Positions 1-10,758 of a stretch of 64,000 nucleotides of DNA are shown here, in pieces. Both the position numbers and the translations under genes were made by a program. The stretch is taken from contig CALVNH010000001.1 of NCBI GenBank assembly GCA_944349635.1, positions 435,688 through 499,687 on the forward strand. The letters run 5' to 3'. The notes under the pieces are model-generated. The model searched no databases. It had not been told where the DNA came from and was given only the letters and a program-made list of their open reading frames with translations. The number at the start of each line of letters is the position of its first letter. Within the stretch, counting starts at the first letter, position 1. Source of the DNA: an uncultured Clostridia bacterium. GTDB lineage: Bacteria > Bacillota > Clostridia > Christensenellales > CAG-917.

Positions 1-593
1 AAAGAAAAAGAAAACAAATCTTTCAACACACCACTCAAAGTTTTGAGAGCGTTGCGCGCCGTTTCCGCTTCCGAGATGTCTGTTTTGTACGCCACAAAAA
101 ATCCACCCTTTTTCAACAGAGGAAAAGAGAGTTCCAACAGCACCGGTAACGAGGCAACGGCTCTTGCGCACACGACGTCGAACAAAGCCGACAAATCCGA
201 GCAATCTTCGGCTCTGGCGCATTTTCCGTGCACATTGTCAATGCCGAGTTCGCGAACGGCGGAATTGACGAAAACGATTTTCTTTTCCGTGGAATCCAAC
301 GCGATAAAATCGACGTCAGGACGAACAACGGCCAGAGGAACACACGGAAATCCTGCACCGGCACCAATATCGCAGGCCTTTGCGTTGAGAGGAAAGAACC
401 GTTCGCCCGCCAAAGAGTCCACAAGATGTTTGACGGTGAACGAATCTGCGTCGGTCAAAGCCGTGAGATTGAACTTTTCGTTTGCTTCCGTCACGAGAGC
501 AAAAAAACCGTCAAGCAATTCGGCTTGCGCTTCCGAAAGAGGAAACCCGAAAGTTTTCGACGCAGCGGAAAGAAGTTTATAATCAATTCGCAT
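1..593 (-). CDS. rsmG: 16S rRNA m7G527 methyltransferase RsmG/GidB (3' end outside the window; absent from the ORF track)
   Basis: Manual minus-strand translation from ATG at 593: MRIDYKLLSAASK...NEKFNLTAL...KHLVDSL...CDIGAGAGFPCVPL...LDSTEKKIVF...ARAE...ARAVA. These are GidB motifs. Start overlaps the MFS stop. Confidence 0.93.
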   Translation of the reverse strand, partial: MRIDYKLLSAASKTFGFPLSEAQAELLDGFFALVTEANEKFNLTALTDADSFTVKHLVDSLAGERFFPLNAKACDIGAGAGFPCVPLAVVRPDVDFIALDSTEKKIVFVNSAVRELGIDNVHGKCARAEDCSDLSALFDVVCARAVASLPVLLELSFPLLKKGGFFVAYKTDISEAETARNALKTLSGVLKDLFSFS

Positions 594-2340
594 CGTCAGT
601 CTCCGCAGCTTCGGTTGGTCCGTCTTTTTTGATTGCTTGTTCCCGCAAATCTTCGTTTACCTTTTCTTCGGCGCCCTCAGAGAAAAATTCGTTGGTTGTG
701 ACGGCTTCGGAAACGTCGTTTTCAGCCGCGACCGACGACACGTCGAACCGTTCTTCCGCTCCGTCTTCGGACGATTGCCCGCTCTCCGATTCCGAAACAA
801 GGACATCTTTTCCTCCCGTGGAAGCCTTTTGCCTTTTTACGGGCATTTTGCCTTTGATAATCACGGTAAACAACAAGGCGAGCACGAGGAAGAAAATACT
901 GTATGGGAAGAGGACGCGGAAGCCCGCGTTTTCTCCGCCTCCGAACCACGCTCCTCCGACATCGATGAGAGCTCCGGACAAAATCGGAGTTATGACCATC
1001 GCAACCGTCATCGACATGGCGAAAAGCCCTGTATCTGTGCCGAGAGCCGTCTCCTTCGAAGTTTCCAGGAAGAAAGGATAGATATTGACCATCACAAGCC
1101 CGAAACTTACGCCGAGAACCATGAATATGAAGTACAACGCAGGGTGAGGAGTACTGAAAGCAATACTTGCCGAAAACGCGGCAATCATTATGACAAATCC
1201 TATCAGGATTGTGTTTTTGCGTCCGATTTTGTTTGACAAAATACTGGCGAGAGGGAATGCAACCATTGCCGCGACCTGAGCAAGAATGAGCGGGACTATG
1301 GCTTGATTTTGCTGGAAATTCAGAATGTATTCCGCATATTTGATAAAGTTCGACGTAAGTGCGTTGTATGTCATGTAAAAACAGAACACAATCAGCAGAA
1401 TGCACACCCTGTTGAAATATCTGTTGTCGCGGAAACTCGGTTTTCTTTCGCCCGTTGCCCGAGATGCAAGCCATTGAGCGCGACGATATTTAATCAAATC
1501 GAAAACAGAGGGGTGCTCTTTTTCGGGAAGATGCAAAAACTCTTCTTCCTGTGCGGCGTCTTCCGCCGGGGCTGTCGACGTTTCCGTGTTGCCCGACGCG
1601 ATTTCTTCCGCCGACACCGCCGCCGCGTCCGCGCACAAAACCGTGTTTTCGGGGTCGGCTTCCACTATCGGGGCTTCTGCGGCTTCATGTGAAAGCCTCT
1701 CTTTTTCTGCCTGCTCTTCCGCAAGCTTTGCACGCTCCATGTCCTCGACGAACTTCGGTTCTTTTACAGTAAGGCAGAAGCCGAGCAACATAATCAGCGT
1801 GGTTATCGTGAAAGCCGCGCCTATCGCATAGTATCCGTCGAACTGCATGAATATGTAGAAATACAACATCGCCACGACGGTCAGAATGACGGAAACGACG
1901 TTGCTCACCGCGTTTGCGATACTGCGGAATTTGTCGGCGTTGATGTCCGGAACGAGGGCAAGTGCCGGGCTGCGGTATGCCGCCATTGCGGCAAGCGTAA
2001 TCAACAGCGAAATTATAAAAGGAACGAAATAGTCTTTGCCGAGGGAGGCAAAGACGCAAACGCCGAACCAACCCAGCATCGAAACTATCGTTCCTATGAC
2101 GACAAAAGGCTTTCGTTTTCCGAAGCGCGAATGCGATTTGTCCGACAATCTTCCGAACAGCGGCAATAAAAACAAACCGAGAATGTTGTCCGCCGCGATG
2201 ATTACGCCGTGCCATGTGGAGCTGAGCCCGAACACGTCGTAATCGAACAACTGCATAATCGAGTCGTACGAGCCCCAGAAAAGGGAAATCCATCCGAAAG
2301 CCAAAGAACAGGCAAGAGTGCGTTTGAGATTGAATTTCAT
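583..2340 (-). CDS. MFS transporter (sugar/glycoside-type) with long acidic central loop and C-terminal tail
   Basis: About 12 hydrophobic segments; MFS loop motifs GRLSDKSHSRFGKRKPF and LSNKIGRK. Confidence 0.88.
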   Translation of the reverse strand: MKFNLKRTLACSLAFGWISLFWGSYDSIMQLFDYDVFGLSSTWHGVIIAADNILGLFLLPLFGRLSDKSHSRFGKRKPFVVIGTIVSMLGWFGVCVFASLGKDYFVPFIISLLITLAAMAAYRSPALALVPDINADKFRSIANAVSNVVSVILTVVAMLYFYIFMQFDGYYAIGAAFTITTLIMLLGFCLTVKEPKFVEDMERAKLAEEQAEKERLSHEAAEAPIVEADPENTVLCADAAAVSAEEIASGNTETSTAPAEDAAQEEEFLHLPEKEHPSVFDLIKYRRAQWLASRATGERKPSFRDNRYFNRVCILLIVFCFYMTYNALTSNFIKYAEYILNFQQNQAIVPLILAQVAAMVAFPLASILSNKIGRKNTILIGFVIMIAAFSASIAFSTPHPALYFIFMVLGVSFGLVMVNIYPFFLETSKETALGTDTGLFAMSMTVAMVITPILSGALIDVGGAWFGGGENAGFRVLFPYSIFFLVLALLFTVIIKGKMPVKRQKASTGGKDVLVSESESGQSSEDGAEERFDVSSVAAENDVSEAVTTNEFFSEGAEEKVNEDLREQAIKKDGPTEAAETDDAN

Positions 2341-2581
2341 AATAGAATGATAGCATTAAAAAACACTTAAAGCAAGTGGATTGTCTTGGAGAAACGAAGT
2401 TGAACGGGTGTCGAGAAAAGAAAGACGTTTAACATAAAAGCGCGTTAATCAATTCAAAATGTCGGATAAACACGAGATTTTGCGCAATATATATACGCGC
2501 CGCCGTCTAGACCTTATAAATATCGTCAACTTTGTTGAAATCCTTTTCCGCAAGTGTTAAAATCGGAGCGGGAGATTTCAT

Positions 2582-3307
2582 ATGAGAATTGGAATAGTAA
2601 CGGCAATGGCGGAAGAAACTCTGCCCGTATATCGCAAGCTCGGCAACGTCGTTGCGGAAGACAACGTTTCGGGTGTTGCAATCAAGCAAATCGAAACCGA
2701 AGGACACACCGTATATCTCGCAACGTCGGGAATCGGAGAAATCAGAGCCGCGCTCGCCGTACAGTTGCTCGTGGACCTTTTCGACATCGAGGCGGTGCTG
2801 AATTTCGGATTTGTCGGCTCGCTGAATCCCAAATTGTCCGTAGGAGAAATCGTAATTGCCGAAAAGGCCGTGCACCACCAGTTTGACCTTTCAGCCGTCA
2901 ACAACATAGAACCAGGACGTTACGACGGCCATGACACGCCGTTTTTCTTCACGGATAAGGACATCATCGCCAAAGTCGCGGGGCTCATGCCCTCGCCTTT
3001 GAAAAAAGTTACCGTGGCAAGCGGAGACGTTTTTGTGGCGGACGGGGAAACAAAAGAAAGGCTGCGCGCTGTTTTCGGTGCGGACGTATGTGAAATGGAG
3101 CTGGCGGGAATCTGTCTTGCCGCGGAAAGGAACAGCCTGCCCGTTTTTTCAATGAAAGTCGTTTCAGACGGTGCGGACGAGAGCGCGCCTGTCGGTTTTG
3201 ACGAGGTGCTGAAAAAAGGGATAACGGGATATGAAGAAAGGCTGCCGTACGTTTTGAAGGCGTTGTCCGAAACGAAGAGGGATTCCCTGCCCGTCAACCT
3301 CATCTGA
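2582..3307 (+). CDS. mtnN: 5'-methylthioadenosine/S-adenosylhomocysteine nucleosidase
   Basis: IGIVTAMAEE, SGIGEIRAA, ASGDVFV, EMELAG and KVVSD motifs of the Pfs/MTAN family. Confidence 0.88.
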   Translation: MRIGIVTAMAEETLPVYRKLGNVVAEDNVSGVAIKQIETEGHTVYLATSGIGEIRAALAVQLLVDLFDIEAVLNFGFVGSLNPKLSVGEIVIAEKAVHHQFDLSAVNNIEPGRYDGHDTPFFFTDKDIIAKVAGLMPSPLKKVTVASGDVFVADGETKERLRAVFGADVCEMELAGICLAAERNSLPVFSMKVVSDGADESAPVGFDEVLKKGITGYEERLPYVLKALSETKRDSLPVNLI

Positions 3308-3449
3308 AAAACCGCAGCATGTGTGGGTTGCGGCGCGGTCGTGAAAATCCGTGCCGACCGAACCGCATTTTCAGAGAAAGCGACAAAAACCTGCGTTCTA
3401 ACGCAGGTTTTTGATATGTTTGACGCAGTTAGCGCACAGCCTGAAACCG

Positions 3450-4130
3450 TCAATGCACGGGAGGAGCGATGCCGTGTTTTTCGAACATTCTGTCGGCGTC
3501 GGTGATTTCACGAATGACTTTGCAGGGAACGCCGCCCGCAAGCACTCCTGCGGGAACGTCGCGCGTCACCACGCTGCCCGCGGCAATGACGCTGTTGTCT
3601 CCGATTTTTACACCCCCGCACACGATGACCCCGCTTGCAATCCAGACGTTGTCGCCGATTTCCACGGGCTTCGCATACTCCCAGTCGTGGAAACCGTCGG
3701 CATATTCGTGCGCGATTCGTTCATCCGCAACCAAGGGATGACAAGGTGTCGCCACGGTGACTCGCGGTCCGAACATGACGTTGTTTCCGATTGTAATGGG
3801 GGCGACATCGAGGAGCTGGCAGTCGAAATTCATATAAAAATTGTCGCCGAAGCGGGTGTTGAATCCGTACTCCACGTGAATAGGCGGCTCAAAGAAAGCG
3901 TTTTTTCCACCGTTGGGGAACAGCTTGCGAATGATTGCGTTTCTGTGCGGAATGCTCCAAGCGCGCGTTCTGTTGAATCTGTCGGCAAGACAGCGCGCTC
4001 GTGTGCGTGCGAAAAGAATATCCCATCCTATGGGGTTGTAGAACTCCCCTGATACCATTTTTTCTTTGTTGGTTTTTTCGCCGGACGCGGGTTTTTTCAC
4101 GGTGCCCTCCAAAATCTTTTTTTTAAGCAT
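3450..4130 (-). CDS. Sugar O-acetyltransferase (maltose/galactoside acetyltransferase family)
   Basis: KEKMVSGEFY N-terminus, EYGFN, hexapeptide repeats (IGDNVWIASGVIVCGGVKIGDNSVIAAGSVVTRDVP). Start uncertain. Confidence 0.87.
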   Translation of the reverse strand: MLKKKILEGTVKKPASGEKTNKEKMVSGEFYNPIGWDILFARTRARCLADRFNRTRAWSIPHRNAIIRKLFPNGGKNAFFEPPIHVEYGFNTRFGDNFYMNFDCQLLDVAPITIGNNVMFGPRVTVATPCHPLVADERIAHEYADGFHDWEYAKPVEIGDNVWIASGVIVCGGVKIGDNSVIAAGSVVTRDVPAGVLAGGVPCKVIREITDADRMFEKHGIAPPVH

Positions 4131-6199
4131 AACACCGAGCCGGTCTGCCGTCAATATGGCGCAACGCAAACACGCGACAACGGCGAAGGGAACGTGAATT
4201 TACAGCATGCGGCAAACAAAGTACCGTCAAAGCGGCCGCGCAGCGGATACTATCGGAAAAAGCGAAAACAAGAAAACATAGACAATCCTCTATATATAGA
4301 TGTTTCTCAATGTGATTCGGACAAGCAAAAGCGCACGGCAAACGCACGAGGTTTTACGCTTATAAACAAAAAGGTGGTTTCGGAAGCTTTTATCTGCAAG
4401 TGCGGTTGTTGCGTCTGATTGTTCGAGCGGTTTTTAATGTGCAGATGTTGTAAGTTTTCCGCGTCTCTGTTGCGCGTCTCTCTCGATGTGACGCGAATGC
4501 CGTTGCAAGTCCGCAATTTACCGCTTTCGAAACAGCGTAATTTTTACCGTCGACTGAGCGGATTGAGTTGATTTCAATTATTCGTATGCAAATCGACGGA
4601 TATATTGTCGTTTTTTTCTGTCCTGTCTTAAAACGGGGCGATACATAAGCAAGTTATTGTTGATTATTGATTTGCGGAAGAGCAAAGCGGCATCAGAACG
4701 GCAGAAAAACGGATATAATCGAAAATAAAAACGCGTTTTTCAAAAGAGCGCCGAACCGTCGTTTGTCCGCGCAACAAAATTTTCGGAAGCAAAGGCAACA
4801 AAAAACGCGACGATTCCGCATGAACGTCTTTTTTTGACGTTGCATCGTTGAGCCGAGAGCTCGTTGTTGCACGATTGCGTACGGCGCAGAGGACTTTGCG
4901 GCGAACAGAGTGTGGACAACCTCCGCGAAAAAGGGCGATTTCACACAAAAAACTGAAAAATGCGGTGTTTTGGGGCGCTAAAACGCCCTGGCATACATCT
5001 TTTTGTGCCGACGGGGGTTTATTCGCGGATTTGCTTTGCAAAACAACAGGATTCCGAATCCTGAATGCGGACCTCTCTGCTCATTCCCGTCCCTTGTTTA
5101 TAGTTCCGAATTGCCGAACCCGCGAGGAAAGAGTCAGGCGCGCAAGCCTTTTTTCGTCGGATTAAGAAGGCAGTTTTTCACGGCGGCGCTTTGCAAAAGG
5201 CGGCATGCATGCATAAAACCGGTCTTCCGTTAGACCTCGCGCAGAGAGAGACCGTCTTCGACGGCGTTCGAGATACGGGGTTTTGCTGTTTGTCTTCGAG
5301 TTTACGGCATCGTTGCGCCATACGCACGCAAGAAAGGAAACGTCGGTAGACTGTCGCACCCGTCAAGGTCAGACTTGCGTCGCAAGAGAATGTGTGGCAA
5401 AAACGCCGATGCTTTTGTAAAAGGCAGTCCGATTTTAACGGTTGTGGCGTTGTTTTTCGAAAACAAGGCTGCTTTTCTCGAATTGGTGCCATGCCACGAA
5501 AGCTACGCCGGATGAGGCGGAAGCGTTTTGCGCCGATTTGCAAAAACCGTCTAAACCGAGCGACAGCAATGCAATGCCGTCGCGCCGTCAAGAGTCATGC
5601 GGGCAACCCCCCCCGAAAACATCGGTGATGTACGGCACAAGAGAGGAAACGGCGATTGCAAACACAAAAAAGCAAGTCTTTGAATCTCCAGCCTTTTGAG
5701 GGTCATTTGCTTGCAAAAAAACACAAAAGCGCCCACGCTTTGTATGGGCGCTCGCAAACAACGCAACAACGCGCATAAAGACAAAAAACCGACAAAACCG
5801 CACTAAAAAGAGGCAAAAAGCGCGCTCAATGCATAAAGTCTTGTGTCCGACATCGCAAACAGCGCGGCGCTCAATTCGGCCATAAACGACGGCAACGGCA
5901 AAGGCGCGAACCTGTTGGCGTGATGCCAAACCGAAGATTTCGAAAAGTCGAAACGGCACAAGAATCTGTCCCAACAAGTTAAGCCGCAAATTCAAGCCAA
6001 GCGTATCGGACAACGAGTGACAGCAGAACAAAAGCGTGCAAAACACAAGAACGAAAACCAAACGGTCGACGGTACCGCTGTCTTACAAAAAACAAACCTT
6101 TTAGGAACACAGCCACAACCCAATAAACAAAGAGAAAAAGGGTTCCGTTTTGACTCGCAACAGGACGAACAGAACGAAACAAGATAAGAAAAATTGCAA

Positions 6200-6215
6200 T
6201 GTTTCACGTGAAACA
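6200..6215. promoter_or_regulatory. parS site (perfect palindrome)
   Basis: TGTTTCACGTGAAACA matches the ParB/Spo0J parS consensus. Confidence 0.92.
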
Positions 6216-6570
6216 CAGACTTTTCTATTAAAAAAATTAACAACTCGCGCCGAGCGGGTATTAAGAGATATTAAAAACTTGTTGCAAATCACGCGCTGCT
6301 CCCACAAAACACCCGTGCCACAAGGCGCCCCGAGCACAGTTTGGCGTGAAGTGCCGTGTAATGGCGCGGCAAGCTCGGAAAGGTGTAACGCGCATCAACA
6401 GACGCACAACCGCAGCCGTGATGAAAAAGCGCAAAAAAACGACCGAACCGTTGTTCCGCAGAAAAATGTGTTGGGCTTGATGAATGAGGAGTTGAGTCCA
6501 ACGGAGCGCAGCGTGGGGCGGGAATCGACGAGAGTTTTGTTTCAGTCTATAAAATTAACTATAAATAATA

Positions 6571-6586
6571 AGTTTCACGTGAAACA
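6571..6586. promoter_or_regulatory. parS site
   Basis: AGTTTCACGTGAAACA, 15/16 match. Confidence 0.88.
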
Positions 6587-6602
6587 ATTTTTCCGACGGT
6601 CG

Positions 6603-6618
6603 GGTTTCACGTGAAACG
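6603..6618. promoter_or_regulatory. parS site
   Basis: GGTTTCACGTGAAACG, intact 14-bp core palindrome. Confidence 0.85.
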
Positions 6619-7443
6619 CAATCTGATGAAAAACTGCCAAAAAGTCTACTGAACAGTGGAGATTTTTGTGTGTTATTTATTGATTTTAGCTGTGAAAAAT
6701 AATTTTGTGCTCTTTCTCCGAGAGAATTTTTACAGAAAAAATTTATGTCTTTCATCCGAATTTTTTGAGGTAAAATGTTACACAAAAATTATAGAAAAAT
6801 CGGCTTTGTTTCACGGATGATGTTGATATGTTGACAACATGTCTTTTGCGGAGAAAAATATAGAAAATTTTTCTGTAATTTATGCAAAAGCATCCGTAAA
6901 TGCCTGATTTTCGGAGTGATACAGGCTCAAATCGATGACGCTGTTCGGAAAGCTCGGCTGAGTTTGCGCGTCGGAAACGGTGCGGGAGGCACCGCGACGG
7001 AGAATTTTTTTGAATTTTCCGCGTCGGTGCGTAGAAATGTGCTTTTTTAAAGTGCGTCGCGAGGAGTTTCGCGACGGCGGTTCAAAGGTTCCAACAAAAT
7101 TCAGGCGTGCGTGCGCGTATGAAAGCCGCTTGCACGATGGAACGTGGACAGCCGGGTCTCGCCCTACGGGAAAAGGCGATAAATTTTCGGTAAAAGCCGT
7201 ACCTTTTTGTCCGACGGCGGCCATTTTGCATATATTGAGCGTGGCGACGAAGAAAAACGCGTGGCGAAAGGCGGTTTGCGTTGTTTTGCGGACTTTTGTC
7301 GGTTCGCTTTGCCGCGAGTGCGTCCTGCGGGACGTCTGATTGTGCGGTCAGAGAACAATGTGCGGCAGTAAGTTCCTCAGTCGCGGAGTCGGTCGCGCGC
7401 TCGCAAGGGCGTATGCGACGATTGGTGATATAAAATAAATGTA

Positions 7444-7472
7444 TTGCAAGAGTGCGCCGAACGTGGTAAAAT
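7444..7472 (+). promoter_or_regulatory. sigA-type promoter of nagB
   Basis: TTGCAA-17-TAAAAT with TG extension, immediately followed by the AGGAGG RBS. Confidence 0.6.
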
Positions 7473-7488
7473 TGTCAGGAGGTGGTTT

Positions 7489-8238
7489 ATGAAATTTGCA
7501 CTTGTAAAAAACAACAAAGAGCTCGGCGAGAGAGCGTTTTTCGAAATAAAGCAGGTTCTCGACGCAAAGCCCGACGCCGTAATCGGCTTTGCCACGGGTT
7601 CCACGCCTCTTCCGCTGTATGCGAAGATGGTTGACGATTACAAAAAGAACGGAACCAGTTATAAAGCGGTCAGGGCAGTCAACCTCGACGAATACGTGGG
7701 GCTTGACGCAAAAGACAAGAACAGTTACGCGCGTTTCATGAGAGAAAATCTGTTCGACCATATCGATATTCTTCCCGAAAACACCGATATTCCGAACGGA
7801 ATGGCTCAGGATTTGGAAGCGGAATGCGCGCGTTATTCCGAAATGCTGTCCGTCACGCCGCGCGATATTCAGATTCTCGGCATCGGTGCGAACGGTCACA
7901 TCGGATTCAACGAACCTTATACCAAAAAGGACAGCACGACTCACATCGTGAGTCTTACAGCGCGGACGAGAGCGGATAATGCCGCGGGGTTCAAGAATCC
8001 CGCCGCGGTGCCCATTTACGCTCTGACGATGGGCATATCCGAGATTCTTGCCGCAAAGAAGATAATTCTTCTTGCCACGGGAGAGAAGAAAGCGCAGGCG
8101 ATTTACGATATGCTGAGAGCGAGAGAGGATTTGTCTTGTCCCGCAACGGCACTTCGCGGACACCCCGACGTTACGGTCATTCTGGACAAAGAAGCGGCGT
8201 CGTTGCTCAAATTCGACGAATGGACTCCTGCGGAATAG
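7489..8238 (+). CDS. nagB: Glucosamine-6-phosphate deaminase
   Basis: GFATGSTP, NLDEYVGL and LGIGANGHIGFNEP motifs; AGGAGG RBS. Confidence 0.95.
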   Translation: MKFALVKNNKELGERAFFEIKQVLDAKPDAVIGFATGSTPLPLYAKMVDDYKKNGTSYKAVRAVNLDEYVGLDAKDKNSYARFMRENLFDHIDILPENTDIPNGMAQDLEAECARYSEMLSVTPRDIQILGIGANGHIGFNEPYTKKDSTTHIVSLTARTRADNAAGFKNPAAVPIYALTMGISEILAAKKIILLATGEKKAQAIYDMLRAREDLSCPATALRGHPDVTVILDKEAASLLKFDEWTPAE

Positions 8239-8433
8239 CGAAATCGGGCGGAAGACTTTATTAACCCTAGTTAATATTAGGGCGAGACTTCCGTTATGCG
8301 GGCGGATTGCGCCGGGTTGCGGTAAATTCGCGGACGGCGCGAGCGGAAAGGCATGGTGTTTTCTGCGGTCGAAAGCGGAACTGCGGAAACGAATTTCGGA
8401 TTCGGGGTAAAGAGGAGAAACCGACGACGGTAA

Positions 8434-8468
8434 AAACACGGGAACATAGTTCCCGTGTTTGATTTTAT
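8434..8468. terminator. Probable bidirectional intrinsic terminator between nagB and the lipid kinase gene
   Basis: AAACACGGGAAC-ATA-GTTCCCGTGTTT hairpin between convergent genes. Confidence 0.6.
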
Positions 8469-8551
8469 GGGATTGCAAAGTTGTGTTGTTCGCCGCAACG
8501 GCGTTGTCGACGAAAACCGGGTTGCCGCCGCATATTGTTTGACGGCAGGAA

Positions 8552-9589
8552 TCAGGGGAGAAATTTTGCCGAGCGGACGTTTTTTTCGGGTTGAACCGAG
8601 GGCAGAGAAGGGACGGAATCCATTCGTCCGCCGGACCCGACGGAAGGCGCCGTGACGTGTGGAAAATACGGTGCGCCGACGCGCGGAGAGGCGCGGCGCT
8701 CTTTTCTTTTTTGGGAATGAAGCCTTATGGTATCGAAGTCCCCGATATACACTTTGTTTCGGGGTTTCGTGACGTTCACTTTGAGCGAGCCTTCCACCGC
8801 GACGGCATCTCCGTCCACGTCGAATACGCATTTGCCGTTCAGTTTTATATCGAGATTGCGCACTCCTTTGAAAACCAGATTTTTGCTCTCCGTTTCACGG
8901 CGAAACCCTATGAAAAACGCGCGGAACAGCGGGAAAAATATTTTAATTCTGTTGAGCAGGGAATCTTTCCCCGGGCTCTTTATCAGCAAAAGATGAATTT
9001 TTCCGTCGTCGGGGGCGTAAAGCTTGTTGAAAGGAAAGCCGAAACAGCGTACGGAATCTATTGCCATAATCAGGGTATAATCTCCCTTGTACACGGCGTC
9101 GTCCGCAGTGACGGCGGCTCCAATCGAATAAACCCTGTATTCCTTTATTACGCGCAAAAGGTATGCGAGAATGCCGAGACGCTGTTTTTTTTCGGCGGGG
9201 ATAACGTAGCCGAGAGGGGTGAACGACCCCGCCGCCGCGACATAGCCGAAATATTCTCCGTTGGCGCAGGCGTATTCCGAAAGACCGATGAACTCTCCTT
9301 TGTCTTTGTTTTTGCCTTTTGCCTTCGCGCACTCGTTGAAAGTGCCGGCGCCGTAATATATGAGGTCGGCGCCGTCTTCTGCACAGACGTTGAGCGCGCG
9401 GTTGAAAGTTCCGTCGCCGCCGCATGCAACCACGAGAGAAAAGCCCTTCGCGCTCCACGTATCGGAGGGGGAGAGAATCCTTTTGACATAGACGGAATAT
9501 GCGGCGCCGAATTTTTCCACAAGCGCGGTTTCGTCGATTCTTGAAGAGCGTCCGCTCAGGGTGTTGATGACGATAAGGCATTTTTTCAT
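8552..9589 (-). CDS. Diacylglycerol/lipid kinase family protein (YegS/DagK-like)
   Basis: IVINTLSG, CGGDGTFN, GTFNE and DVDGD motifs. Confidence 0.82.
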   Translation of the reverse strand: MKKCLIVINTLSGRSSRIDETALVEKFGAAYSVYVKRILSPSDTWSAKGFSLVVACGGDGTFNRALNVCAEDGADLIYYGAGTFNECAKAKGKNKDKGEFIGLSEYACANGEYFGYVAAAGSFTPLGYVIPAEKKQRLGILAYLLRVIKEYRVYSIGAAVTADDAVYKGDYTLIMAIDSVRCFGFPFNKLYAPDDGKIHLLLIKSPGKDSLLNRIKIFFPLFRAFFIGFRRETESKNLVFKGVRNLDIKLNGKCVFDVDGDAVAVEGSLKVNVTKPRNKVYIGDFDTIRLHSQKRKERRASPRVGAPYFPHVTAPSVGSGGRMDSVPSLPSVQPEKNVRSAKFLP

Positions 9590-9822
9590 AGTAAGAGGTC
9601 TGCGGTTGTGCGTCGAGGCAACCGGTCATTCACTATTATGCGCAGAAAAAACGGAATTGTGTAAAAAGTCGGCAAAAGGATTGTGTTGGTCGAAAAGAGG
9701 TGCGGAGTTGCAAAAACGGCCGCAGTGGTATAAAATAATATAAGAAGCTCAAAAGGCTGTTCCGCGTCGCGCGGAACGGCAGGGCGTCCGTCCGAAAGGC
9801 GCGAACATCCGAGGAGGTGCGT

Positions 9823-10674
9823 ATGCGGAAAATCACGAAAGCGGTAATTCCGGCCGCGGGTCACGGCACACGGTTTTTGCCCGTGACGAAAGCGGTGCCG
9901 AAAGAGATGCTCGCCATCATCGACAAGCCCGCCGTCCATTACATAGCGCAGGAAGCCGCGGACAGCGGAATTACGGACATACTGTTTGTAGTAAGCCGCG
10001 ACAAAGCCGCAATAAAGAACTATTTTTCCGCAGGCGGTGCGGGCGGCGACGAGCTGGACGAGCTGTTGCGTCGCGTGCGCGTCGATTTTGCATATCAGGA
10101 CGAGGCAACGGGAACGGCGGGAGCCGTGAAACTCGCCAGAGAGTTTACGGGAGACGACGCGTTTGCCGTGATGTACGGCGACGACGTCATCGTGAACGAG
10201 GGCGGCAAGCCTTGCGTGGCGCAGCTTGCCGAAGTGTATTATAACACGGGAAAACCCGTTCTGGGCGTTCAGGAAAGACCGGAGGAAGAGGCAACGAAGT
10301 ACGCCGTGATAAAAAAAGGAAGAACCGAGGGTAGGTGCACCGAGGTGTTGGGCATAGCGGAAAAACCCGCCATCGGGAACATGGCGTCCAACCTTTGCAG
10401 TTTGGGAAGATACATTCTGACGCCTGCCGTTTACGACGCCATAGAGCGCGCTCCGCTGTTTCGCGGGGAAAGATATCTCACGCACGCGATAGAGCTTATG
10501 ATTCCGGAAGGGGTGTACGCCTACGATTTCGAGGGAACGAGGTACGACCTCGGCGACAAATTCGGTTTTTTGCAGGCAAACGTCGAGGAGGGACTGCGCC
10601 GTTACGGCGACAAACTCGCAAGCTATCTGCGCGGATTGCTCTCCGACGGAAGCGACGGCAAAACGGAGAGATAG
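9823..10674 (+). CDS. galU: UTP--glucose-1-phosphate uridylyltransferase
   Basis: KAVIPAAGHGTRFLPVTKAVPKEML, EKP and RYDLGDKFG; GAGGAGG RBS. Confidence 0.92.
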   Translation: MRKITKAVIPAAGHGTRFLPVTKAVPKEMLAIIDKPAVHYIAQEAADSGITDILFVVSRDKAAIKNYFSAGGAGGDELDELLRRVRVDFAYQDEATGTAGAVKLAREFTGDDAFAVMYGDDVIVNEGGKPCVAQLAEVYYNTGKPVLGVQERPEEEATKYAVIKKGRTEGRCTEVLGIAEKPAIGNMASNLCSLGRYILTPAVYDAIERAPLFRGERYLTHAIELMIPEGVYAYDFEGTRYDLGDKFGFLQANVEEGLRRYGDKLASYLRGLLSDGSDGKTER

Positions 10675-10758
10675 AGTTAGGCGCGTAAAACGGGCGATAA
10701 AAAGACAAAACGCACGCAAAAACGTGCGTTTTTGTTTTATTCGGCTTGATTTGTCGAA

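Noticed and set aside
6296-6340. Three CACA-ending 9-mers near the skew switch as DnaA boxes
   Set aside because: Three or more mismatches each to TTATNCACA; not supportable without a lineage-specific matrix.
4123-7360. Many short ORFs (64-157 aa) in the gene desert, e.g. 5588..6061 and 6150..6614
   Set aside because: No RBS or family motifs; the amino-acid bias simply mirrors A/T runs; some overlap parS sites.
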